In this document: one piece after another, positions 20,268 through 29,360 of the stretch
How the letters are laid out: every line of letters begins with the position of its first letter
Position numbering within the stretch: position 1 is the stretch's first letter
Translations under genes and position numbers: made by a program
Assembly (NCBI GenBank): GCA_965242525.1
Contig: OZ251459.1
Location: 3,392,001 to 3,456,000, forward strand
Direction: 5' to 3'
Length of the DNA stretch: 64,000 nt
Source of the DNA: an uncultured Candidatus Binatia bacterium
GTDB taxonomy: Bacteria > Desulfobacterota > Binatia > UBA9968 > JAJDTQ01
Notes under the pieces: generated by a model
What the model saw: the letters and a program-made list of their open reading frames with translations, nothing else
Told to the model about the DNA's origin: nothing
Database searches by the model: none

Positions 20268-20459
20268 GGAGGGGTTGTCGTCCGTGCAGGTGGAGTCGGG
20301 GAGGGGCTGGCTATCGGAGAAAGCAGGGGCCGGCATACGGAGATGCCGCAGGGTCCCCGCGGTATGGGATATTGCGGGATAATAGGCTATAGGATAGTCA
20401 TGGAAGAAGCTCTGGATCAGGGTGCAGGTTCTTCAGACAATGAAAGGGGGGTCTCTATT

Positions 20460-20645
20460 ATGTCAAAAAACGAACCAGAGAACGAACGCCCGAAAATCTA
20501 CGTCACGTCTCGCGGTGAACGGTACGTCAAGGCCGAGGAGTTGCTCACAAGCAAACGCGGGCGAGAGGCGCTTGAAAGGATGGCAGCGTTTGCGAAAGAA
20601 CTCCGCGCCTCGAAGTCTCCACCGAAAAGGGACGACGATCGTTAA
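20460..20645 (+). CDS. Small hypothetical protein (61 aa)
   Basis: GAAAGGGGG RBS-like sequence before ATG 20460; charged, protein-like sequence; AT-richer than the flanks. Confidence 0.55.
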   Translation: MSKNEPENERPKIYVTSRGERYVKAEELLTSKRGREALERMAAFAKELRASKSPPKRDDDR

Positions 20646-20675
20646 CACCCCTACGGACCACGGCAGGTATTTGGT

Positions 20676-21380
20676 GTGGCTCTCGGTTGGCTCCTGATCC
20701 CTGCTCTCGGGGGCTATTGGTTCCTCAGGCACTGCTACCGGACCCGTTTCACCGTGGAACGCGCGTCCGGTTACCATCTCTTCTTTCAGACCGCTATTGC
20801 CGGTGGTCTTCTAGTCATCTTCGCGTACATACTCACCTCGCTCGGCGCATTTCTATGCCCGCCAGGCAGTGATCTGTGGACTTCCTTCGTTCCCTTCCCG
20901 TACTCCGGCACCGCGATATTGAGCGCACTGTTGGGAGTCGTGCTGCCTCCGGTCATCAACTATGGCTATGGCAAAGAGGAGGCAGCCAAACGGGCAGCGG
21001 AAGAAAACATCGATCTTATCGAGTTGCTCCTGGCGGAATCCGTGGAACGCCAGATATATGTAGAGCTTTCATTGAAGAGCGGAAAATCGTACATCGGATT
21101 CGCTCTCAACACCGGACTTGGTGTGAACAGCGAATCCGACATCGCGATCATTCCTGCGTTGAGCGGGTACAGAAGCCACGACACCCACGAATTGGAAATC
21201 ACAACCGACTATGCCCCTGTGATCCTGGATTCCGTCGAGCGCGGTCAGGACTTGGAAGACCTTAGAGATTTTCGAATCGTCTTTCCCCTGTCGGAAGTGG
21301 TGTCCGCCCGCTTGTTCGATGAGGACGTGTACCGGCGCTTCCAGCAAGACCGCGACCACGCCGCCTACCCCCGCGACTGA
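20676..21380 (+). CDS. Hypothetical membrane protein (about 3 N-terminal TM helices plus a soluble C-terminal domain)
   Basis: Hydrophobic N-terminal segments, then 'VELSLKSGKSYIG...DFRIVFPLSEVVSARLFD'. Confidence 0.75.
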   Translation: MALGWLLIPALGGYWFLRHCYRTRFTVERASGYHLFFQTAIAGGLLVIFAYILTSLGAFLCPPGSDLWTSFVPFPYSGTAILSALLGVVLPPVINYGYGKEEAAKRAAEENIDLIELLLAESVERQIYVELSLKSGKSYIGFALNTGLGVNSESDIAIIPALSGYRSHDTHELEITTDYAPVILDSVERGQDLEDLRDFRIVFPLSEVVSARLFDEDVYRRFQQDRDHAAYPRD

Positions 21381-22255
21381 TACAGGAAGAAGACCCCCGC
21401 CACCACCAGGACCGCGGCCAGGCCGTCCTTCAGGGTGACGGCTTCGTCGCCCCGGAGGATCAGGCGCGCCAGCGAGAACGTCACCAGCGGCTGGACGTTC
21501 CAGATGGGGGCGACGATGATGGCCGGGGCGTGGGCGACCGCCAGGTAGGTGAAGACGGAGCCCACCCCCTGGAAGAACCCGGAGAGCAGGAGGTAGGCGT
21601 AGCTGTCTCCCGAGATCCATATGCCTTCCCGCCAATCGACCCGCAGCATGCGGCCGAGCAGCACCACCAGGACGAGGCCGGTGACGTGGGTGACCAGCGC
21701 CCCGGGAATGGGCGCGCCTCCCGACAGGATCGCCACCTTCTTGAGGATCGGCCCGAAGCCGAAGAAGACGATGGAAAGCAGGGGGTTGAGGAACGCCTTG
21801 TAGCGCACGGGTCCCGCGGGGCCTCCGTCGGCGCCCCCGCGGGTGATGAGCAGCAGGCCGGTCACGATCAGGACCACGCCCACCAGGATGAGAGGGGCCG
21901 CGGACTCGCCCAGCAGGACGATGGCGTACACCGCGGTAAGCAGCGGCGCGGAGTTGGCGATGGACTGGGCCTTGGCCGCGCCGATCTCGTCGATGCCCTT
22001 GAGCACGAAGGTGCGGCCCAGGAAGCTCCCCACCAGCCCCACGGAGACGAAGACCCCGGCCGCGGCAAGGGGCATGCGGAGCTGGACCTCGCCGGATGGA
22101 AGGGCGACGATCAGGACCAGCACCAGCACCGATCCCGCCTGCTGCAACAGCACCGCGGCGCTGACGTTGGAGTTCCTGAGACCGCGCTTCACCAGCACCG
22201 GCGACGTCCCCCAGAACAGGGCCGCGGCCAGTGCGTAGAGGATGCCCGCTTCCAC
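21365..22255 (-). CDS. EamA/DMT family transporter
   Basis: About 10 hydrophobic segments in two EamA-like halves ('ALAAALFWG', 'IGAAKA...APLLT...LLGE'). Confidence 0.88.
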   Translation of the reverse strand: MEAGILYALAAALFWGTSPVLVKRGLRNSNVSAAVLLQQAGSVLVLVLIVALPSGEVQLRMPLAAAGVFVSVGLVGSFLGRTFVLKGIDEIGAAKAQSIANSAPLLTAVYAIVLLGESAAPLILVGVVLIVTGLLLITRGGADGGPAGPVRYKAFLNPLLSIVFFGFGPILKKVAILSGGAPIPGALVTHVTGLVLVVLLGRMLRVDWREGIWISGDSYAYLLLSGFFQGVGSVFTYLAVAHAPAIIVAPIWNVQPLVTFSLARLILRGDEAVTLKDGLAAVLVVAGVFFLYQSRG

Positions 22256-22345
22256 CCCTACGGGATAACACCCCCGGGAGCGGGCCGGAAGGAGCGGGCG
22301 AGGCGCCGGACCAGTTCGGCCAGGCCCACGAACCGCAGCCGGACT

Positions 22346-22474
22346 CTACTCGGCGCCGGGCAGGGAGCGGCAGAGGAACGTCTTGCCGGCCCTGCGGACC
22401 CCCGCAAGCCAGACCACGGACTTCTCGGCCCAGAGTCCCTCAATGGCCTCGGTCCAGTAGCTCCGCCGTACCAT
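22346..22474 (-). pseudogene. Truncated N-terminus of an AAA_14/DUF4143-type ATPase
   Basis: Hand translation: MVRRSYWTEAIEGLWAEKSVVWLAGVRRAGKTFLCRSLPGAE*. Walker A 'GVRRAGKT' is followed by a stop after 42 aa. Confidence 0.7.
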
Positions 22475-22643
22475 ACGTCAGGACTCTTGCATATAGTGCT
22501 ACCAAACGCAAAAACGCCCGACGTTTGGTACAACCTCCATCCTTCCCGATGCGCCGTTTCCAACTCGTAATTTCCCCTTGGTCGTGGTTAGATGAAAGTA
22601 GGCGCCGAACGTATCGGAACCGCCCTGCGAAAGGAGGACGAAG

Positions 22644-23324
<681 letters not shown>

Positions 23325-23447
23325 CGGCAACGAGGGGCGGCCGTTCCCCGGCGAAGTTCCTCGGCGAACTCGATGCTTGCCGGGGCAGTGGCCCGGACCG
23401 ACAGATTACGCGCTTCGACGATGGTGAGGGAAGGACAAGGCATCCAC

Positions 23448-24179
23448 ATGGAAATGAGAGGGACAGCCCGCCTGTGTGTTCCGGCCGTAGTGCTTTTGCT
23501 CATGGCGATGGGCGTGTTTTCGGCGCCGGCGCAAACCTTTGAGGAGGCCGTGGCGGCATATGAGCGCGGCGACTACGCCGCGGCCTATGGCGGGTTCCAG
23601 GTGCACGCGGAGCAGGGCGATGCAAGCGCTCAGTACAATCTCGGTTACATGTACCTCAATGGGGAGGGTGTGCCCCAAGACTATGCAGGGGCGGCGAAGT
23701 GGTTTCGCCGGGCCGCAGATCAGGCCTTTGCCCCTGCTCAGCTCCATCTTGGGACCATGTACCATAAGGGGCAGGGAGTACCCCAGGACTATGCCGAGGC
23801 AGCAAAGTGGTTTCACCAAGCTGCGGATCAGGGCTTTGGCCCCGCTCAGTTCCTTCTCGGATTCATGTACGACAATGGGCAGGGAGTGCCCCAGGACTAT
23901 ACGGAGGCGGCAAAGTGGTATCGCCAGGCTGCGGATCGGGGCGATGCTTCCGCTCAACTCAACCTCGGGCTCATGTACCACAAGGGGCAGGGCGTTCCGC
24001 AAGACTTCGTTCAGGCATACCTGTGGTTGAACCTTTCCGCATCCCGAAGATCGGATAAGAGGGTGCAGGAGTTGCGCGATGAAGTAGCAGCCCGTCTGAC
24101 CCCGGCAGACCTCGCCCTGGCCCAGCGGTTGTCGCGGGAGTGGCAGCCCAAAGCAGAAGGGACTTATCCAGCAAACTAG
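23448..24179 (+). CDS. Secreted Sel1-like repeat protein
   Basis: Signal peptide plus four 'AQxxLGxMYxxGQGVPQDYxEAAKW(F/Y)xxAADxG' repeats. Start codon uncertain (23373-23454). Confidence 0.9.
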   Translation: MEMRGTARLCVPAVVLLLMAMGVFSAPAQTFEEAVAAYERGDYAAAYGGFQVHAEQGDASAQYNLGYMYLNGEGVPQDYAGAAKWFRRAADQAFAPAQLHLGTMYHKGQGVPQDYAEAAKWFHQAADQGFGPAQFLLGFMYDNGQGVPQDYTEAAKWYRQAADRGDASAQLNLGLMYHKGQGVPQDFVQAYLWLNLSASRRSDKRVQELRDEVAARLTPADLALAQRLSREWQPKAEGTYPAN

Positions 24180-24281
24180 TCAAGCGAGGTGTATCGTGAG
24201 GCTTGCCCCTCCGCCTGATACGACAACGGAGAAGGTGCTCAACAAGATTGCCGAGTTGGAATAAAGGAAAAGGAGACAAAC

Positions 24282-24704
24282 ATGGGCAACAAGTTTATCA
24301 GGGGCTGCTTGCTTGTCGTGATGGTGGCGAGTTTGGGCGGGTGTGCGTCGTCGCCAAAAAGTATTAGTGCGAGTTACGTTTCGCCTCTCCAATACCAATC
24401 ATATGACTGTGACCAGATTGCCCAAGAGATGCACCGGATCACCCGCAAGGTTCAGGAAGTGACCGGAGTTCAATCGAGTAAGGCATCGGGGGATGCCGTA
24501 GCTGTGACGGCATCTCTACTGTTCTGGCCGGCCCTCTTCTTTCTGGCGGCGGGAGAAGACAAGAGCGCTGAATTGGCGCGTCTCAAAGGCGAGGCTGAAG
24601 CGTTGGAACAGGCTGCTGTACAGAAGAAGTGCACGGCGTTGCTTGATCAGATCGAGCGTGAACGAAAGGCTGCGGAAAAGAAAGCTGCCGAAACCACGGA
24701 GTAG
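24282..24704 (+). CDS. Putative lipoprotein
   Basis: AGGAG RBS; lipobox 'LGGC'; 'YVSPLQYQSYDCDQI', one hydrophobic segment and a C-terminal coiled coil. Confidence 0.8.
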   Translation: MGNKFIRGCLLVVMVASLGGCASSPKSISASYVSPLQYQSYDCDQIAQEMHRITRKVQEVTGVQSSKASGDAVAVTASLLFWPALFFLAAGEDKSAELARLKGEAEALEQAAVQKKCTALLDQIERERKAAEKKAAETTE

Positions 24705-24857
24705 CCCATTGAGTAGTAGGCTTTTTCCACTTTTGAGTGAGTCAAAGTGAGCGGGCAGTGGAGCCGGTGGTTAGGCCTGACGGGAACGGGCTAACGGCGC
24801 CGATATGTGGCCAAGCAGCAAGATTGTTGTGGGAAACAATACTCGTGAGGTAGGGGT

Positions 24858-26018
24858 ATGGAGATGAACATCGCCAGAAAACAGGGGGCCCAGTTAGCGC
24901 TATGGGCAGATGACCCTGGCGCCGAGGTCCCGGAGTATCTGTCGCGCCAGTTGATCACCTACATCGGCAACAAGCGCGCCCTGCTCGGACACATCGCCGC
25001 AGCGGTCGAACAGGTCAAGCAGCGTCTTGGAAAGACACGTCTCCGGATATTCGACGCCTTCAGCGGCTCCGGGGTGGTCTCCCGATATTTCAAGGCGCAT
25101 GCCGCCCTGCTGATCAGCAACGACATCGAAGAATACGCCGCCGCAACCGCACGCTGTTACCTGAGCAACAGGAGCGGAGTTGACCTTGAGGCGGTAACCG
25201 AGGCCGCCGCCGACCTGAACCAAAGGGTGGATACCGAGAAGTTTCCAACGGGCTTCATCGAAGAATTGTACTCGCCCAAAGACGAAAAGCGCATCACCAG
25301 GGAGGACCGCGTCTTCTACACGAAGAGCAACGCACAGCGGCTGGACAACTACCGCCGCCTCATAGACACACTACCGGCTGAAATGCAGGATATGCTCCTT
25401 GGGCCTCTGCTCAGCAGCGCGTCCGTTCACGCCAACACAGCAGGGGTCTTCAAGGGCTTCTACAAGAACCGAGAGACCCGGATCGGCCAATTCGGTGGCA
25501 GCGGAGCTGATGCCCTGGTTCGTATCACAGGAAAAATCAGGCTCGAAGCGCCCGTGCTCAGCAACTTCGAGTGTGACTATCAAGTGCTGCAAGAGGACGC
25601 CAACGCCGTTGCGCCTCGCCTGAAGGATCTCGACCTTGCATACATAGACCCGCCCTATAATCAACATCCCTACGGATCGAACTATTTCATGCTCAACCTG
25701 CTCCTGCGATACCAATGTCCCCGGCGCGTCAGCCAGGTTTCCGGAATACCGACCGACTGGCAGCGCTCCGGGTACAACGTGAAAGCCAGATCCCTTCCTC
25801 TCCTGAAAGATCTTCTCGGAAAGCTCGATGCGCGGTTTCTTCTCATATCGTTCAACAACGAAGGCTTTATTCCCACTCACCAGATGAGCGCGATGTTGTC
25901 CGAGTTGGGTTCCCTGGACGTCATAGAGACGCCGTACAACGCTTTCCGTGGCAGCCGGAACCTCAACAACCGTCCCGTCCATGTCACCGAACAGCTATTT
26001 CTGGTGGAACGGAGGTAA
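24858..26018 (+). CDS. N6-adenine DNA methyltransferase (D12/alpha class), with no intact REase adjacent
   Basis: 'YIGNKR', motif I 'DAFSGSG', 'ISNDIE', motif IV 'YIDPPY', 'SFNNEG'. Confidence 0.92.
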   Translation: MEMNIARKQGAQLALWADDPGAEVPEYLSRQLITYIGNKRALLGHIAAAVEQVKQRLGKTRLRIFDAFSGSGVVSRYFKAHAALLISNDIEEYAAATARCYLSNRSGVDLEAVTEAAADLNQRVDTEKFPTGFIEELYSPKDEKRITREDRVFYTKSNAQRLDNYRRLIDTLPAEMQDMLLGPLLSSASVHANTAGVFKGFYKNRETRIGQFGGSGADALVRITGKIRLEAPVLSNFECDYQVLQEDANAVAPRLKDLDLAYIDPPYNQHPYGSNYFMLNLLLRYQCPRRVSQVSGIPTDWQRSGYNVKARSLPLLKDLLGKLDARFLLISFNNEGFIPTHQMSAMLSELGSLDVIETPYNAFRGSRNLNNRPVHVTEQLFLVERR

Positions 26019-26237
26019 CGTCGGTTGGCACGAAAGCATCCATTAGGCGAGCAGCGCGTTACGCTGACCGAACGGTTCCCCACACTGGACGTCAGCGTGA
26101 CCTGGGCGCGCACGCTGCCAAGGCAGATGGCGCGTGAGACCGCCCGCATCGGCCAAGGCGATGCGCCGATCCTGCGGGAACTCGGTCGATCCTTCCGCAA
26201 CCGGGAACCACGCCGGGATGTACAGGTGACCAGCAGC

Positions 26238-26407
26238 TTGGGCAGCGTCGGGGTGAGTTGCCCGGCCGTCCAGGAGCCTGCACCGCGCGAAGACGAGCAA
26301 CGTAGCTGACGGCAACGAGGGTCGTCTGTTCCCCGGCGAACTTGATGCTTGCCGGGGCAGGGTCCGTACTGATAGATTACGCGCTTCGACGATGGTGAGG
26401 GAAGGAC
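26238..26407 (+). repeat. msrA 3' end plus downstream region, copy 2
   Basis: Encodes 'LGSVGVSCPAVQEPAPREDEQRS*' versus the msrA end '[23 protein letters not shown]'. Confidence 0.9.
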
Positions 26408-26519
26408 GGCGCTTCAGGAATTCGTGTGGGTGTCCTTACCAAAGTAAGGAGATGGCGAGACAGGCACGAACCCATCGAGATTTGCCTGTTTGACGTGGAT
26501 TCTCGCCACAAGGGACGAC

Positions 26520-28142
26520 ATGATGGACAAAACGATAGCCACATCTCTTGCCGATGCGCTTCAGTCCGTTCTTGCACCTAGGCCGGGAGAAGTGCGCGAA
26601 CGCGAGATTTTGCGAGTCGCAGCGACCCTCGGTGGAGACAATAGCGAACAAAATGCCGAGAAGGCACGGAAAGAAGTCCTCAAGTGGGCGCAGAAGCGAG
26701 TGGGCGACCGCTTGCCGGAAACCGCCTGGAAGTACGATGAGTTCGAGAAGCACATGGGCGGGCGCGATTGCAAGGCCGTCCGTATCGCCAGTGAAGCCAC
26801 AGACTTGTGGGCAATTCGAGCTAATGATCCCGACAAGAACATTGCACAGAGGGTTTGGACAACGGAGGTCGTCATTGGCTTCGCAAGAGCGCAAAAAACA
26901 CCTATCGGCTTCGGACTTCGTTTGCTCGTAAGCTCACCCGAAGCAGATTTGCAGAGCGTGGAGCGAGCCGTCCCCGGATTGGTGTGGCAGTTGGCGAACG
27001 AATGCGGGCTTTATCAGGGAGCCAGACAGTTGTCCCCTGAACCGTGGATCGTCGAATCGCGTGAAGACATGCTTCGCCTGATTGGTGTCCTCCTTGATCC
27101 TTTGCGTAGAGAGCCTGTTTTTGTTCTGAGTATCCCAAGAGACGCGACTGACCTGCATGCGCCTCTCATAGACCCCGGGCCTTTAGCACGTGCGATGCTC
27201 GGGCTTGCCAAGGTCGTAGTACTACCCGCCCGATCCACTTGGGCTTTGACGGATCAACTGGGCAAGCGACTATCTGTGTTTAATGGCGCGGTTCGAGCGT
27301 ATTTGCCCGGATTTACCGAAGACGCTGAACCATACGACCACGACCTTTTCCTTCAAGAGCACCTGTTGAATCCAGCGAAGGTCCACCAAGTGTCCGTCGC
27401 TCTGCGGCAGATGGCGGCTGCAGAAAGCCTGCGGAGGCTTCGTTTGGGCCAGGACGTATTGTCCTTCTCCAGGGTGCAGGCGCATAGCGTCGCAATTTCG
27501 AGCGCTCGCCTTGAGCATACCGAAAACAAGCTGATTACGGAAATCGAAAACCTTAGAGAATCTCTGAAGAAGTCGGAAGACGAACAGGAGTGGTTCGCTG
27601 AACAACATGACCGTGCAGAGAAGATGGCAAAAGATTTACAGCACAAATTGAGTCATGCCAATCTTCGTATTCAACAGCTCACAGAGCAACTGGCGACTCA
27701 TGACGACAAGCCTGATTCCAATCTTTCGCTCCCGGACACATGGGAAGATTTCTCGGAATGGTGTGATACTCACTTGGACGGCCGGGTGCAGTTGTCGTCG
27801 CGCGCTCGTCGGGAAGTCAAAGCACCGTTGTTCGAAGATATCGGAATGGCAGCCCGATGTCTGCTCTGGCTTGCCAACGATTATCGCCAAGGGCGCCTGG
27901 AGAGCAACACCTCCGATCCTCGGGGTTCGATTGAAGGCGGATTGAAGAACGAGCGTTGCGGCGCCGATCAATTCAAGTTCAACTGGCAGGGAAAACAGAT
28001 CGACGTCGTGTGGCACATCAAGAACGGTGGCAACACACGAGATCCGGCACGTTGCCTTCGCATTTATTATTTTTGGGACGACGGGAACCAGCGAGTCGTG
28101 ATAGCCTCCATGCCGGCTCACATCCCCACTGACGCGACGTGA
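26520..28142 (+). CDS. Hypothetical multidomain protein: N-terminal domain, coiled coil, C-terminal RelE/ParE-like domain (putative defence protein)
   Basis: AT-richer than the flanks; heptad region 'LITEIENLRESLKK...LQHKLSHANLRIQQL'; C-terminus 'WHIKNGG...CLRIYYFWDD..QRVVIASMPAH'. The domain call is tentative. Confidence 0.65.
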   Translation: MMDKTIATSLADALQSVLAPRPGEVREREILRVAATLGGDNSEQNAEKARKEVLKWAQKRVGDRLPETAWKYDEFEKHMGGRDCKAVRIASEATDLWAIRANDPDKNIAQRVWTTEVVIGFARAQKTPIGFGLRLLVSSPEADLQSVERAVPGLVWQLANECGLYQGARQLSPEPWIVESREDMLRLIGVLLDPLRREPVFVLSIPRDATDLHAPLIDPGPLARAMLGLAKVVVLPARSTWALTDQLGKRLSVFNGAVRAYLPGFTEDAEPYDHDLFLQEHLLNPAKVHQVSVALRQMAAAESLRRLRLGQDVLSFSRVQAHSVAISSARLEHTENKLITEIENLRESLKKSEDEQEWFAEQHDRAEKMAKDLQHKLSHANLRIQQLTEQLATHDDKPDSNLSLPDTWEDFSEWCDTHLDGRVQLSSRARREVKAPLFEDIGMAARCLLWLANDYRQGRLESNTSDPRGSIEGGLKNERCGADQFKFNWQGKQIDVVWHIKNGGNTRDPARCLRIYYFWDDGNQRVVIASMPAHIPTDAT

Positions 28143-28369
28143 AAGCCGTCCCATAACCGACAGTCACCACGCTGGTGCTTACTACGTAATGATTGTGCAA
28201 AGGAAGGCTCTTCAGTTCCACGGAAATGATGCCGGCGGTACCCATTCGCACCTTCGGGGCCATGAGTTCATTCCGTGGAGGTCTTGGACCGTGAAAGAAC
28301 ATCGAACCAAGGTAACGTATGCCAAACTCTCCGTAGAGAGGATCCGTACCCTGGAATGGGAGGCATTAT

Positions 28370-29356
28370 CTACTCGATCTTCTCGTTGGTTTCTGTCTCT
28401 GCCTGGCTTGGATCCTTACGTTTGGAAGCAACAGATTTTTCGAGTTTTTCTTCCAGGTCGGCCATTCTCTCCTGTAAGGTTTCAACCTCTCTTTTTAGTC
28501 CAATAACACGCTCGGCCGTCGTTGCCTGTTTTGCTGTCATGTCACCTGTGATATTGCTGACATTCAGCACGATAGTAGCGATACCCACTGCTACAGTCAC
28601 GGATATAGTAACTGCACCACCAATGGTGTAGTTCCGCGAACGCTTAGCGCTCCTTGCTGCTTGTTCAGCGCTTTCCCTTGATTCACGTAGTGCCCTGGGA
28701 ATGGAGCTTCGGATTTCAGGTTGCTTAAGATAAGTATCAAGTGTTTTTCTATTTTTGTCCTTCGGAAAAGGTGTGTATATGCCCTGGTAGGATTCTGTTG
28801 AACGATTGATGTTTACCCAATGGTCGTTAGGAGAAATTTTCGTAAACTCTAGCCATATCAATTTTTCTTCGTAGCAGAATTTGTATTTGTTGGTAGTGAG
28901 ATTATGCAACGGAATCAGAATGCGACCTTTGAACCCCGGGTCAACAATGGGTCCCGTACCGAGAAGCAATCCCCGATGGACATTTGTAATTGTGAGATTG
29001 AACCTTACCGCCATATAGTCCGGAAGGCGAAACTTTTCTCTGGTCGTGACGAAGGCAATCGAATTCGGTTCCAAAACAAAAGAACCTTTTTTACTCAGGT
29101 CAACGGACTGCTTCTTCCCGTCATCCTCCCAATAGATACAATCTGCCCCCACGCTTGCCTCGTATGAGGCCGGTTTGAGCTTCTCCGAATCGAAAGGATA
29201 GATCATCCCCGTAGTACGGACATAGTCGTAGATGTCGGCGGAATTGAGCAACGCCGCCGGAATATTCGGGAACGGATCACGCGACTTGTACTCGTTGAAC
29301 CGAGCCCCCGCGTCATCGTCATCGCGTAGGGGATACCGTTCTTGCTGAGTCGTCAT
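28370..29356 (-). CDS. dCTP deaminase/dUTPase-fold protein with degenerate deaminase site, C-terminal TM helix and coiled coil
   Basis: 'LLNSADI', 'LKPASYE', 'FVLEPNSIAFVTTREKFRLPDY', 'IVDPGFKGRILIPLHN'; hydrophobic 'IGGAVTISVTVAVGIATIVL'. Confidence 0.8.
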   Translation of the reverse strand: MTTQQERYPLRDDDDAGARFNEYKSRDPFPNIPAALLNSADIYDYVRTTGMIYPFDSEKLKPASYEASVGADCIYWEDDGKKQSVDLSKKGSFVLEPNSIAFVTTREKFRLPDYMAVRFNLTITNVHRGLLLGTGPIVDPGFKGRILIPLHNLTTNKYKFCYEEKLIWLEFTKISPNDHWVNINRSTESYQGIYTPFPKDKNRKTLDTYLKQPEIRSSIPRALRESRESAEQAARSAKRSRNYTIGGAVTISVTVAVGIATIVLNVSNITGDMTAKQATTAERVIGLKREVETLQERMADLEEKLEKSVASKRKDPSQAETETNEKIE

Positions 29357-29360
29357 GAGG

